Translations under genes and position numbers: made by a program
Virus record (IMG/VR): IMGVR_UViG_3300002162_000001
Location: 1-64,000 of that record
Reading direction: 5' to 3' (one strand)
Source of the DNA: an uncultured virus (IMG/VR IMGVR_UViG_3300002162_000001)
Taxonomy: Duplodnaviria; Heunggongvirae; Uroviricota; Caudoviricetes
Length of the DNA: 64,000 nucleotides
Shown: positions 1 through 10,960 of the stretch, piece after piece
Layout of the letters: the number at the start of each line of letters is the position of its first letter
How positions within the stretch are numbered: position 1 is the stretch's first letter
Notes under the pieces: model-generated
Told to the model about the DNA's origin: nothing
The model's database searches: none
The model's input: only the letters and a program-made list of their open reading frames with translations

Positions 1-26
1 AAATAAAAATTAGGAGGTCGTTATTA

Positions 27-557
27 ATGGATATTAAATTATTACTTTGGGACTGGAGATTCATACTTGTTACTATATTAGGAGTGGCTGTTTATGCTGT
101 AGCTGACTGGAAGAACTTTAAAATACTTGTTATTCAGGCTATTGCAGTTGCTAAATCTAAAGCTAAAGACGGTGTATTAAATGGAGGTCAAGCTCAAGAA
201 GATTGGGTTGTTGATAAAGTTTACGATGTTATGCCAGCTAGAATAAAATTATTTGTAAATAAAGAATTGCTTAGGAAAATAGTTTATAAAGCTTATCACA
301 TCACAAAAGATTTATTAGACGATGGTAAATTAAATGAATCTGTACTAGATCAAATAGTTGAACAAGTTGTTGCATCTGATAAGGTACAAGAGGCTGTGGA
401 GGCCGTAGCGAGTGCTGAAATAGAATCTAATGTAGTTGCTACTAAGGAAGCTAACGTAGCTGAAATAATCCAAGAATCAACTGTAATTCTAGGCATACTT
501 CCCGAAGAAACTAAATCTGAAACTATTGAGAAAATAGAAGAAGTTTTAGCAAAATAA
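27..557 (+). CDS. Holin-like membrane protein
   Basis: N-terminal hydrophobic helix (WRFILVTILGVAVYAVA), 'DLLDDGKLN' segment, acidic tail; GGAGG RBS; end of late + strand block. Confidence 0.55.
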   Translation: MDIKLLLWDWRFILVTILGVAVYAVADWKNFKILVIQAIAVAKSKAKDGVLNGGQAQEDWVVDKVYDVMPARIKLFVNKELLRKIVYKAYHITKDLLDDGKLNESVLDQIVEQVVASDKVQEAVEAVASAEIESNVVATKEANVAEIIQESTVILGILPEETKSETIEKIEEVLAK

Positions 558-608
558 TAAATATAAAAACACTATTTTATTCAACAAATAGAAAGGAATG
601 ATTAATTT

Positions 609-890
609 ATGAGAGTAGGATCGGGATATTTCGGTTCAAATAATTTATTAACTTCAACTGCAAATCAAGAAATAATTCAGCAAAATAAACCTGTAAATTT
701 AACATCATTTTCATCATATAAATTTAGTTTTATGAATTCACAAGACTGTCATGTTCTTATAAATGGTTCAACAAATCAGATATATTTACCAGCAAATAAA
801 GGATTCAATTCAGATGATGTTGATAAAGAAATATATACATTTGTAATTGTAGAAGCGTCTATAAGTTATTACTATTTAGGTGCATATTAA
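609..890 (+). CDS. Hypothetical phage protein
   Basis: 93-aa ORF with AAAGGA RBS, same orientation as neighbours. Confidence 0.6.
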   Translation: MRVGSGYFGSNNLLTSTANQEIIQQNKPVNLTSFSSYKFSFMNSQDCHVLINGSTNQIYLPANKGFNSDDVDKEIYTFVIVEASISYYYLGAY

Positions 891-904
891 AGGAGATGAT
901 ATAA

Positions 905-1903
905 ATGGGGTTTTTCAATAATTTCGGTGGAACATCAGCAGCAGATAAAACTAAATTAGATAGTCTTTCTGCTCCAATAAAAAATAATCTTATTGCCACA
1001 TCTATTCCAAATATAACAAATGATTCTGGAAGTGGGTATTCTGCTGGAAGCACATGGATTTATGGAGGTATTACATATACTTGTACAGATGCAACAAGTG
1101 GCTGTGCGACATGGGCAAACTCAGCAGATGTATTCTATTTTGATTCATGGGCTAATTTAGTAGCTACCATAAGCGTAGTAGGTTCAACATATGTAAATAA
1201 ATATGCTATTGTATCTAATACTAATGGAGGAGTTAATAGTGGAGTAACTTATGTATCTTCTAGTGGTGCAGTAACTAACCCCATAGTTGATGGTAGTTCT
1301 GCTACTTATAAAATTAATGCACAAGGAACTATCTATGGTGTAACATGCCAAGTTAGAACAGTGACAAATCCAATTATAACTTCTATTATGATTGTTGCAA
1401 CTACAAAACCAATAATAGCAGGTTATTATATATTTTCCGTTGTTCCTACAAACGGACTCCCATCTGGAATAGGATTAAACGATATAACTTTTTTTGATGG
1501 TATAAATTGGTCTTTATATCAGAAATACTCTTCTGCTATACCAGTATTGGTTGCTGGAACCACAACAAATACACAAGTTACATGGAAAAAGCAAGGTGGA
1601 AGTTGGGTAAATTCCTATACTGCTGACAATGCTTCCAGTGGGTGGTATGATGTTGGAAGTGTTCGTACGCAATTTGGTCAAGGCGGTGGTGGTTCATCAT
1701 CCCCTACTATTACTTTCCCAGCCCCATTTAAAGACACAACATTTTCTTTTAATGCTATGTTTAATAATGGTAGCACTGCCAATACATACAACGTGATGCA
1801 AACAGGTAAAACAGTTCAATCAGTTTCATTAAACAAGAAATTTCAAGGTGGTGGGGCTACTGGAGAAGGTCTGGATTGGATTGCAATAGGATTAAAACCA
1901 TAA
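905..1903 (+). CDS. Tail-fibre/receptor-binding-like protein with gp53-like C-terminal domain
   Basis: G/S/T/N-rich beta protein; C-terminus 'QFG...ITFPAPF...WIAIG' typical of tail-fibre C-terminal domains. Confidence 0.55.
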   Translation: MGFFNNFGGTSAADKTKLDSLSAPIKNNLIATSIPNITNDSGSGYSAGSTWIYGGITYTCTDATSGCATWANSADVFYFDSWANLVATISVVGSTYVNKYAIVSNTNGGVNSGVTYVSSSGAVTNPIVDGSSATYKINAQGTIYGVTCQVRTVTNPIITSIMIVATTKPIIAGYYIFSVVPTNGLPSGIGLNDITFFDGINWSLYQKYSSAIPVLVAGTTTNTQVTWKKQGGSWVNSYTADNASSGWYDVGSVRTQFGQGGGGSSSPTITFPAPFKDTTFSFNAMFNNGSTANTYNVMQTGKTVQSVSLNKKFQGGGATGEGLDWIAIGLKP

Positions 1904-1960
1904 TAATATTAGGGAGGTATAGACCATTATAAAATAAGAATTCTAAACCTATTTCATTTA

Positions 1961-2011
1961 AATAAGTCAATCAGAGTAGATTAATTCTATTCCGGTTGAC
2001 TTATTTTTTTT
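1961..2011 (+). terminator. Intrinsic terminator of late operon
   Basis: AATAAGTCAA...TTGACTTATT imperfect stem followed by a T run. Confidence 0.75.
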
Positions 2012-2183
2012 GCTGCTTTCAAATTGTCAGATAAAAGGAAGTTCCTAGGTTCCCTTTATTAATAGCTGAAATAACTATTCTTTAACATTATTTAATACTA
2101 CAATAGAGCGAAAATACATATCAAGGTCGCTCTCGTGTAATAATAGTATATACTACATAATTTTTAATATACCTTTAATTTAT

Positions 2184-2230
2184 AGGAGAATCTAAACTCA
2201 TTAATTTGAGATAGATTCTCCTTATTTTTT
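2184..2230 (+). terminator. Second intrinsic terminator-like hairpin
   Basis: AGGAGAATCTA..CTCA/TGAG.TAGATTCTCCT followed by TATTTTTT. Confidence 0.6.
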
Positions 2231-2241
2231 CATTTTTATAT

Positions 2242-2499
2242 ATGATCATAATAGTATATAATATAATCATTGAGGTGAACATAATGATTAAAATGAATCT
2301 ACATATGAAAATGGCTGAAATTAAGATATCACAACGTGACTTAAGCAAAGAAACTGGAATTAGACAGGCAACATTATCTGCATACTATAATGATAGTTTT
2401 AAAATGATACCAAAAGAGCATTTAGATATTTTATGCAAATTTTTCAAGTGCAATGTAAGTGATTTGATAGAATTTGTTAATACTAAATTTGTAAAATAA
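2242..2499 (+). CDS. XRE/Cro-type HTH regulator (true start probably ATG at 2284)
   Basis: 'ISQRDLSKETGIRQATLSAYYN...LCKFFKCNVSDL'; GAGGTG RBS before 2284. Confidence 0.85.
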   Translation: MIIIVYNIIIEVNIMIKMNLHMKMAEIKISQRDLSKETGIRQATLSAYYNDSFKMIPKEHLDILCKFFKCNVSDLIEFVNTKFVK

Positions 2500-2537
2500 A
2501 AGGAGGATAATCCTCCCCTCTTGCAAAACCTTTCGAC

Positions 2538-2858
2538 CTAAACTTCCAGTTTATGGCTATTCCATATTGTGGTAGTTCCGTCAGAATAATATATAGTAAC
2601 CATTTCTCCGTCAATTTCAATCTTATCAATTAATTCTATTAAAATTGCGTTTTTATGCGAGCTTATAGAGCTATCTTGACAATGTAGATTCACAAGTGCT
2701 ACTATATCAGATTCGTGAATTACATTCCTGGGACAGTAGCTAGACCCTCCTTTGTTCTTGTATCCTGAGCATATATAATTATAAGTTTTTCCTTCTAATT
2801 TTCCTATGAAATTTGAATTACAGTTTTTACATTTAATGAGTCCCTTAAATAAATTCAT
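2538..2858 (-). CDS. Small recombinase zinc-ribbon protein, candidate recombination directionality factor
   Basis: 'LFKGLIKCKNC...YICS...C...IDKIEID' resembles the C-terminal zinc ribbon of the adjacent integrase ('WLSGLIKCGTC...YLSC...IEKVRVTD'). Confidence 0.7.
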   Translation of the reverse strand: MNLFKGLIKCKNCNSNFIGKLEGKTYNYICSGYKNKGGSSYCPRNVIHESDIVALVNLHCQDSSISSHKNAILIELIDKIEIDGEMVTIYYSDGTTTIWNSHKLEV

Positions 2859-2904
2859 ACCTCACCACCTACCTTATTATATCATACAACTAGCTCCGTG
2901 CCTA

Positions 2905-2952
2905 GTTGTATGTTTATATGTGAACTATCTCGTGTACATATAAACATACAAC
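2905..2952. other. Putative attP site of the serine integrase
   Basis: Perfect 17-bp inverted repeat GTTGTATGTTTATATGT-N14-ACATATAAACATACAAC (48 bp) just downstream of the integrase. Confidence 0.7.
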
Positions 2953-2967
2953 AGTAATTTAAAAAAA

Positions 2968-4488
2968 TTAGAACGATATTTCGTTCCAATCAATTATAAC
3001 TCTAGTATCAGTCACACGCACCTTTTCAATAAAGAAATATGCTATTTTCTTTTTTTCTTCCATAGATAGTGTCTCCCATGCATCAACACTTTTTAGTAAA
3101 TCTTCCTTTGAATGTGTTCTATGTTTATTAACTACAACTTTACTTATTTCAGATATAAGAGTATTTTTTTCAGTATCTAATTTTTCTATTTTCTCATTCA
3201 CATACTTAGTTGTGATCTTACTCGCTTCTGCTAGTTGAGATATTAAGTTTTCAATTTGTCTATCAATTTCGATAATTTGTATTTTAGATTTGTTTGTTTG
3301 AGAATCCTCTATTTCTTGCTTAGGAAAATCATCATTTCTTATTTTTTCAACTATCTCAAATATATCTTCCTTTACAATTTTTTCTATATTTTCGGCATAC
3401 ATAGTTGTTTTAAATCCGTCACATATTTTTAAATTACTTTTACCCCTACAGCTAAGATATCGTTTATCTCTCGATACAACTACAGTCACTGTGTATCCAC
3501 AAGTTCCACATTTAATAAGTCCACTTAGCCAACTGTGTTTTCCTTTTCCTGCATTTTTGATTTGCTTATTAGCATCTAGTTTATATTGACAAGCCAACCA
3601 AGTGGAAGAATCTACAACACCCTCATGCAAAGCTATAGACAATGTATGATCAGTTACCTTAGTATATTTCCTTTCATTAGATTCTCGCTTGCCATATAAA
3701 TATAGTCCATTGATTCCTACGAATTCAGTTACATCATTGACTATATTGCAACCTTTGTTTTTATAATAGGAATATACATCGGCATCTCCCATTACATAAG
3801 CAGGACTTCTTAGGATTCTGCTTATTTTACAAGAATCCCATGCTCCTCCTTCTGCTGCTAAAATACCTTCAGTATTTAAATGATCACTAACCTTCCCCAA
3901 ACTCATATCAGTACTAGAATAAAGTTCATACATTTCTAATAATGATATGAGTTTAGTGTTGTCATTTTCAAAGGTATAAGTTTTTTTACCATTGACTTTT
4001 GTTTCTATTTTTATATAACCATAGGGCGCCCTTCCTCCCATATATAACCCTTTAGCTCCCCTGGCATAGTAATTATCCCTTACTCTTTTTTGTATCGTCT
4101 CACGCTCTAACTGAGCAAAAACCATGCAAATAGACAGCATGGCATTTCCCATAGGAGTGGAAGTATCAAATTTTTCATTACAACTGAGAAAACCAACTTC
4201 GTACTTTTTATAGTATTCTATGATATTAGAAAAGTCCAAAAGATTTCTACTTATTCTGTCAAGTTTATATACTATAACTTTGGTTATAAGTCCTTCTTTT
4301 ATGTCTTTTTCCATTTCTTTAAATTTAGGACGGTCTGTATTCTTTCCAGAGAAACCTTTATCTATGTATATCTTGATTTCACCATCTATAACTTCTCTCT
4401 TACAAGAATCAATTTGACTCTCAATAGATATACTATCTTTCTTATCAACAGATTGTCTTGCGTAAATAGCTATGGACATATTTATCAC
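2968..4488 (-). CDS. Large serine recombinase (integrase)
   Basis: 'AIYARQS', 'DKGFSGKNTDRP', 'YKLDRISR', recombinase domain, CxxC zinc ribbon, coiled coil; 506 aa. Confidence 0.95.
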   Translation of the reverse strand: MINMSIAIYARQSVDKKDSISIESQIDSCKREVIDGEIKIYIDKGFSGKNTDRPKFKEMEKDIKEGLITKVIVYKLDRISRNLLDFSNIIEYYKKYEVGFLSCNEKFDTSTPMGNAMLSICMVFAQLERETIQKRVRDNYYARGAKGLYMGGRAPYGYIKIETKVNGKKTYTFENDNTKLISLLEMYELYSSTDMSLGKVSDHLNTEGILAAEGGAWDSCKISRILRSPAYVMGDADVYSYYKNKGCNIVNDVTEFVGINGLYLYGKRESNERKYTKVTDHTLSIALHEGVVDSSTWLACQYKLDANKQIKNAGKGKHSWLSGLIKCGTCGYTVTVVVSRDKRYLSCRGKSNLKICDGFKTTMYAENIEKIVKEDIFEIVEKIRNDDFPKQEIEDSQTNKSKIQIIEIDRQIENLISQLAEASKITTKYVNEKIEKLDTEKNTLISEISKVVVNKHRTHSKEDLLKSVDAWETLSMEEKKKIAYFFIEKVRVTDTRVIIDWNEISF

Positions 4489-4520
4489 CCTTCGTTCATT
4501 TATTTTTTATCTTAAGTATT

Positions 4521-4548
4521 ATTATATATCGTTTTACTTTTATGTCAA
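4521..4548 (-). promoter_or_regulatory. SigmaA-type promoter for the integrase
   Basis: TTGACA-N16-TATAAT on the minus strand. Confidence 0.6.
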
Positions 4549-4685
4549 CTATTTTCGTTGTCATTGAATATGATTTCATATAATTTTTGAAGTATTCTTT
4601 CATTTATTTTTTTTTCATCTTCAGGTTTATAATCTGGACAATTAGTTATAACCTCAAATCCATATTTATGTGTAATTGTTTGCAT
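4545..4685 (-). CDS. Small hypothetical protein, 46 aa (not in ORF track)
   Basis: GAGGAGG RBS, MQTITHKYGFEVITNCPDYKPEDEKKINERILQKLYEIIFNDNENS*. Confidence 0.55.
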   Translation of the reverse strand: MQTITHKYGFEVITNCPDYKPEDEKKINERILQKLYEIIFNDNENS

Positions 4686-4734
4686 AATATCCTCCTCTAT
4701 ATTGCTTATTTATAATTATGAAGAAAGAGAGTCT

Positions 4735-5379
4735 TTAATTACCCTCTTTTAATTTCTTATAAAAATCCTTCATTTCTTTCTCAAATATTGAGCTCATAAA
4801 ATCATATCTAAAAGATGAATCCATATCTTTATATTGAATTATATTATATTTTTCATTTAGATCCTTGATACTATCAAGACTATGTAAATAAGATAAATAA
4901 TCTACAGCCATAAAACAACATTCTCTCTTTTCTTCAACTGAGTTTTCATGAAGCAATTTGTGATTTAGGTCGGTGACTGGAAGCAAATTCATAGGGTTAC
5001 TATTTCCACCAAAAACTATGGGAAATATATGGTGAGTTACATCCGCCTTAGCCGACCAATCCATAGGCAAATCCCAGTAGCCATCATTCTCTTTATATTT
5101 GCTGTAGAATTTATAATATCTATTCCTTCCAGTTTTATTGAAATATTCTCTAGTTCCGTCATCCACAATTTTAACTGGGAATTTTTCATTAAATAAATCA
5201 TAGACATTTATATCTTTATAGCTCCAATATAAAGCCTCGTCCTTTATTTCTTCAGATATATCTACTCCGTAAATATCTTTTGTATATTCAATTACTAAAT
5301 CTGGACTATAACAACGCCTGTCCAAATTTATTAAATAGTTTCTAATAGGGATTTTGCCTACTCCAATATATTCAATCAT
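4735..5379 (-). CDS. HNH-motif protein
   Basis: 'HHIFPIVFGGNSNPMNLLPVTDLNHKLLH'. Confidence 0.7.
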   Translation of the reverse strand: MIEYIGVGKIPIRNYLINLDRRCYSPDLVIEYTKDIYGVDISEEIKDEALYWSYKDINVYDLFNEKFPVKIVDDGTREYFNKTGRNRYYKFYSKYKENDGYWDLPMDWSAKADVTHHIFPIVFGGNSNPMNLLPVTDLNHKLLHENSVEEKRECCFMAVDYLSYLHSLDSIKDLNEKYNIIQYKDMDSSFRYDFMSSIFEKEMKDFYKKLKEGN

Positions 5380-5890
5380 TATTTTCCTCCTTAGTTAGTT
5401 TTAATTTTTCAATGAAATCTTTTATCATATAAGAATATTTTACCTTCTTAAGCTTGGACATAATTTCCACAGCTCCAGCAGCAAGAATATCCTTTTCATT
5501 AATACTAGATTTTGTTGTACCTTCTACAAATTTATTAAAATTCTCAATATGTAAAAAATATGCTCTATTTGTTGGTTCTCTAAAATTGAAGATAAATCCA
5601 GCTATAACTCCATCTGTTTTAGAAGCTTCTGAAAGGCCTTTGATTTGATTGGATTTAATCATTGGAGTAGTACCTTTAAAACTAAATGACGTAGATTTTG
5701 TACTCTTCAATTCAAAAGGAAATAAGTTTGGACTAGCATATACTAGACAATCAAAGGGTTGATTTAAAGTAAATCTAGTGGCTACATTTGTCCCAAAACT
5801 TGAAGGACTATCCTTAAGTCTTAAATAATACATATTAGATGGCACAGATTCCTTGAACGCATTTTCAAACTGTTTACCAAAATTGACCAT
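5372..5890 (-). CDS. recU: RecU-family Holliday junction resolvase
   Basis: 'GKQFE', 'PFDC', 'FELKST', 'QIKGL'. Confidence 0.85.
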   Translation of the reverse strand: MVNFGKQFENAFKESVPSNMYYLRLKDSPSSFGTNVATRFTLNQPFDCLVYASPNLFPFELKSTKSTSFSFKGTTPMIKSNQIKGLSEASKTDGVIAGFIFNFREPTNRAYFLHIENFNKFVEGTTKSSINEKDILAAGAVEIMSKLKKVKYSYMIKDFIEKLKLTKEENND

Positions 5891-5947
5891 TTATATATTC
5901 TCCTTTCACAATACTATTTATTATGTCTTTGTTTTAAAATTCTGTTT

Positions 5948-6886
5948 TTAATATAGAAATATATTTAAATTTTCAACTGTGTTGCCTAAATCTTCTGATA
6001 TAACTTCTTTCATGTATGTTTCCATTTTATTTATAGCTTCTTGTGATAATATTAAACTCTTTCCAAATATCATTGAATGACAATGTGGCCTTTTAATATC
6101 TTGTTTTGTTTCACTGATACTTACTTTAATCCTAGATTCCATCATCCATAATCACCTCCTTAAATTCATATAAAAACTGCATTCTATGTCATAACATTCT
6201 CATTAACTACATCATTGCACCAAAACGCAATTCTTTATATAATTCTGATGTAAATACCCAGTCTCCAATATCTTTAAGTTCGTAATCTATATCATGTGTA
6301 TCATAGTAGTATTTACCATCTTTTAATTCAATTCGATATACTTCACTTTCAAAAAACCTATAGTCCTCATCTATCATATAAGCAACATCGCCTAATTGAA
6401 ATTCTTGTTTCTCATTATCCACCTTTACGCCTCCTTAAATTATCTTAAAATCTATCTTTTAAAATATAGTTGATAAAATCTTACACGCTGTGATTATAAT
6501 AAACACAATCCAAGCTACTATAAAAAATATACTTGCTTTACTTTTCTTCTCCTTATAGTCACTAATTGAAAATATTAAAAATAATATGTCAAATCCTAAG
6601 TTAAAAATTAAATTACCCATGCTTATGCCTTCTCTCTCAAATTTATAATCTTGCTTGTGTTATCACTCATGATTAATCGGCATTCATATTTACTTAACAC
6701 AGATTTCCTTCCAACTATTTGAATACCATGCTCTGCACGATATCTTTCTTTATTAGCAATCATGCTTTGCTTAACGATAAAGTCAAAACCCGTTTGTGTC
6801 ATCCGTGCTGACACAGGAACCGGCTGACTATTTTTAATTGTTTCTGTTAATTCCTCTAGTTGTTCCTTTGTTAAATCACTATTCAT
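5948..6886 (-). other. Cluster of small hypothetical genes (5948-6145, 6207-6422, 6459-6620, 6623-6886)
   Basis: Co-oriented short ORFs, most with clear RBSs. Confidence 0.6.
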
Positions 6887-6889
6887 AAT

Positions 6890-7603
6890 TTATATCTCCT
6901 CTTTCACAATATTATTTAGTATAAGCTTGTTATATAGATCATCGAATATTACAGGTATAAGCTCATGAAATTCTTTTAATAAAGGCACAGCCAATTCTCT
7001 CATTTGGGGATGAGCTGGCTTGTCTGCTCTTAATAAAAAGAAATGCATCCATTCCCGAAGATTCATAGTGACAACAATTTCTGTTTTTAAACTATTAGGT
7101 AATACATCTCTAGCTATTTGTGGGGTAGCTCCTAGTTCAATTAGTTTAAGGTAATGTCTTTCAGCATCGGTCATAGCAGTAGTCCATTCATCCAAGACCT
7201 TCGATAATGTCATAAAATCAAGCTTATTCATTTTGGTGTCTAACTTAATACCTTTTTCAATATCTATAACATTGATTTCATTGCTGAATTTATCATTAGA
7301 ATAATTACAATATCTAGTACTTTCTTGTCCGAAGCTTGCTAATCTATGTCTTACTATCTCATGTGATACGCCTCTGTCGCAGATAAATCTTACGGTAATG
7401 CTATTATGTTCTATCATTGCTAAATGCCCTCTGGTAACTAATCCTGCAACGAATTTGATAGCAGAATCCTCAGTTATATTACCTTCAGATTTATAACAAG
7501 TTCTACCTACTTTTTCTATTTGTTTTAACAATTCTATACCATTAATTTCACTTTCGATTACATAAGATGCTTTGATTTTGTTCATTTTACATTTCTCCTT
7601 CAT
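6890..7603 (-). CDS. thyX: FAD-dependent thymidylate synthase
   Basis: RHRx7S motif 'SHEIVRHRLASFGQESTRY', 'ARDVLPNS', 'AHPQMR'. Confidence 0.95.
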   Translation of the reverse strand: MKEKCKMNKIKASYVIESEINGIELLKQIEKVGRTCYKSEGNITEDSAIKFVAGLVTRGHLAMIEHNSITVRFICDRGVSHEIVRHRLASFGQESTRYCNYSNDKFSNEINVIDIEKGIKLDTKMNKLDFMTLSKVLDEWTTAMTDAERHYLKLIELGATPQIARDVLPNSLKTEIVVTMNLREWMHFFLLRADKPAHPQMRELAVPLLKEFHELIPVIFDDLYNKLILNNIVKEEI

Positions 7604-9173
7604 GTTGTATATTTTTGATTTATTTTGGCCATACTATTAATATAATATTCCGTAGTTGCTTTTTGAGAGTAGTAGATATCTTGCTTGTATATTTGCTACT
7701 CTCTTTCTTTTATTTCGTCACTAGAAAATATTCTTGTTTCAATAGGCATTTCAGCTAGACAACATTTTGCTATCCCACCTAGAATCTTAAAATTAAACTG
7801 AACGATATATTGAGTAAAATCTTTTAAGCTAACTATTCCCATTATTATTCCTGATTGTCCTTTTAATTTAGGGACAATGTCTGTGAATTCCACCTTATCT
7901 CCTAGCTTATATTCACTTTCAATTTCATAAGTATATTTTAAATATGTTCCAATTAATTGCATTAACTCTTCCTCCTTATAATAATACTATTTAGTATGAT
8001 AATTTTTCTGATAAATAACCTTCTCGCATCTTCATCTGAGTAAACACATGCTAGTAAAACTATCCAAGCGAATAATAGAATCAATACAGGCCATTTCATT
8101 TATACTAAACCTCCTTAAATCATTCTTGGAGCTGCAAATAAGTCATATATAGCTAAATTCTGTTTAACAAATCCCTCGGTTAATATTTCTATTAGTTCCT
8201 CAGTTTCTACAGGGTTTAACTTTATCTTATTGTTCTTTAATACTTCTCTTGTACCACTTATTACTTGATTATGGATGTATTTGTATGTGTCTTCCATACG
8301 CTACCCTCTTCCTGAATTGTAGTCATCCCACATATTCTCCCAATACCTCTCAGTTTGCTCATTGCAATCAGAACACTCTGTGCAATAATTGCTTTCTTCA
8401 TCTGAATAATCTGAGCTCATTCTTCTTCTTTTAGGATAAACAAACCATCTTCCGCAATGCCAACAATATCCAAATAGTTTTCTAAATAGTTTCATGTTTA
8501 CTTCCCCCTGCACAGATATTAAGTTTTCTAAATAACCTCCTATAGAACTCACCATAACTTCCCCTAGCGGAATTATATTTTTTATTTTCTAAGGCTCCTA
8601 CTATTTTGAACATATTTTCAAACGTATCTTTGTCATATCCAAGTCTTGCTATTTTCTTATAGGCTTTATCTACAATTCTTCTTGATATCCCTTCTGAAGT
8701 ACAATAGCAAAATAATCTCGGGTATTTTTTACAAAATAAATAATCTTGTTTAGTAAGTGATTTATGTCCAACTAATCTCAACTTCTTCTTTTCTTTTACT
8801 ACTTTGTTCATAACTTTCTCCCTTCTATTAGAAATGATGTTTTAAAGTGCAATCATCTTTATACCTTTGTAGCTATTATTGCAATGTCTCCAGCTAAATG
8901 AAAATTCAATGTCTTTATGTTCTTGCTGCAATTCCTTTAATACAATATCAGAAATCTCACTTTCAAAATCACGAGTCACAATAAAGCAAAAATCTACATA
9001 GGTAAGTTCAAATCCTTTTTTAATACTTTTACGAAACTCTCTAATACATTGAGTTTTCATAGCTTTAACATCTCTTTTAATGATTTTATTTTTATTCTTT
9101 TCTGCTTTCTGTTTATAATTTAGAAAGAACATTTAATCCACTCCATTCAATTTATTCTTTTAAAATCTTAGTT

Positions 9174-9470
9174 TTAAGATAACTTCCCAACTTCACAAGA
9201 TGTAGTAGCAAAGTCTATTTTCTTTCCTATGACATATTCAAGAACATCCTCTATATCATCTACTAGAACACTATTAATATAAACCCCTCTCAATGGTAAT
9301 TCAGCTACGGTTATAGGGAATGGTATAAATAATCTTAATCTCTTTGCAGTTTCTTCGATAACACGAACTCTCTGCTGATCCTTGCAAACTATATATTTTC
9401 GTTCCTTACTTGAGCGTTTTACCAATTCTGTAGTTTTACCCTCACCTCTAGCTGCTTGTATTATTTTCAT
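9174..9470 (-). CDS. Small P-loop protein
   Basis: Walker A-like 'AARGEGKTT' at N-terminus, 'VLVDD' Walker B-like; only 98 aa. Confidence 0.55.
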   Translation of the reverse strand: MKIIQAARGEGKTTELVKRSSKERKYIVCKDQQRVRVIEETAKRLRLFIPFPITVAELPLRGVYINSVLVDDIEDVLEYVIGKKIDFATTSCEVGKLS

Positions 9471-10054
9471 ACTAATCCTCCTTACTATTTTGAATAACTA
9501 CATTATCGTTTCCCATAACCTTTGAACAACAAGGTTTATCATTGGCACTGACTAATGCACAAATTGTAAAACCGCAAATTGAACCACAAAACATTCCAAA
9601 TATAAATGCCATTATCATTTTGATTTCTCCTCTCTAATATTATTTATTATGACTTACTTTGATTTTCTTGAATAATGTATTACGTCATAATCAATTGCTA
9701 AAGTCTTGCCATTAATCTCAGTTGTGAAGCATATGCCATCAAAGAAAACTTTGTTTCCATCGACCTTACCAATGTACCCGATTCTAATATCACTCATAAT
9801 AACACCTCCTTAATTTAATATTTTACTAACTTCTAATTCTATGTACTCTGCAATTCCTTCTGTCCAAATAAACTTATCTCTAGCTTGTATTGTTAGCTTT
9901 CTCGTTATGGTTTCGATATCATCTTTCCATATTTCGCGAAGCATACAAGTCCAAGCATTGATTTGTGATTTATCAAATGTCTGTTTCTGAATTTCTTTAA
10001 ACATTACTACCTCCTTGATAGAATTGTAAGGAAGTGATTTCTCACCTCCCATCT

Positions 10055-10083
10055 AATATAACACAATACTATTTATTATACAA
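10055..10083 (-). promoter_or_regulatory. SigmaA promoter with motif A as spacer
   Basis: TTGTAT-aataaatagtattgtgt-TATATT. Confidence 0.75.
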
Positions 10084-10960
10084 TAGTTTTTTAAAATATT
10101 TACAATACAGATACTATTCTTCCACCGAGAACATGATAAGGACACATCATAGGCATCAATATACAGTCTTTTTGCTCCTGTGTGAGCTGATTATATAGGC
10201 AGCCTTCTATTAGTATCTGCCAAGTTCTGTACCCTCTCAGGTTCTCAGAGATAACATTACGTTGAATACATCTAACTCTGAAGTGCTCATATTCTATAAA
10301 TCCTGAATCCTTACCTTTCCTTATTTCTATAGGTTTTTCATATCTAAAAGGTGAAAGTTCAAGTAGTCTTTCCACAGCATCGTTATTTTGATAGAAAAAT
10401 ATATAATCTGGTTTCACACCTTCTGATTTCTTGGGTACCAGTGTAGCTATAATATTGAACTCTTTAAATATATCACCCCATATCCTTTTAGATAGTTTAG
10501 CCTCCATACGTTTAGCTGCTAAACTAGTTACCTCTTCAAATGTTAAGTCTACTGAATACTTATCAGTTTCAACCTCCTTTTTGATAACTGGGGCAAAAGC
10601 AGATACGGGTTTAGGTCTCATTCCTTTACTGAGCTCTTCTACTATTTCTTTGATGGTTTTCTCTCTCATTTATATTTACTCCTTTCATTTAAAATTATAT
10701 TTCTATATTAAATCTTTTTCTATTTTAGCTAGTTTATTAACTTTGCTATCAATCTCATTGTCTATTTGTTCTGATATATGCTGCAAATAGAGTTCTTTTG
10801 CTTGAGTTATTCCATTGGTAACACAGGCAAATGTTAGTTCTGACTCCTCAAGTTGGAAACTAAAATATCCTTTACTCATATCTATTTTCATAATTCAAAC
10901 CCTCCTTTCTACAATATTATTGATTATTAGTACAGATTGTTTATAAAAAGTGATACAGAT

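Larger units (their letters stand above)
7696..10891 (-). other. Array of small hypothetical genes (incl. 7696-7962, 8115-8297, 8301-8494, 8482-8811, 8842-9132, 9810-10052, 10100-10669, 10703-10891)
   Basis: Tightly packed minus-strand ORFs with RBSs; no recognised function. Confidence 0.6.
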
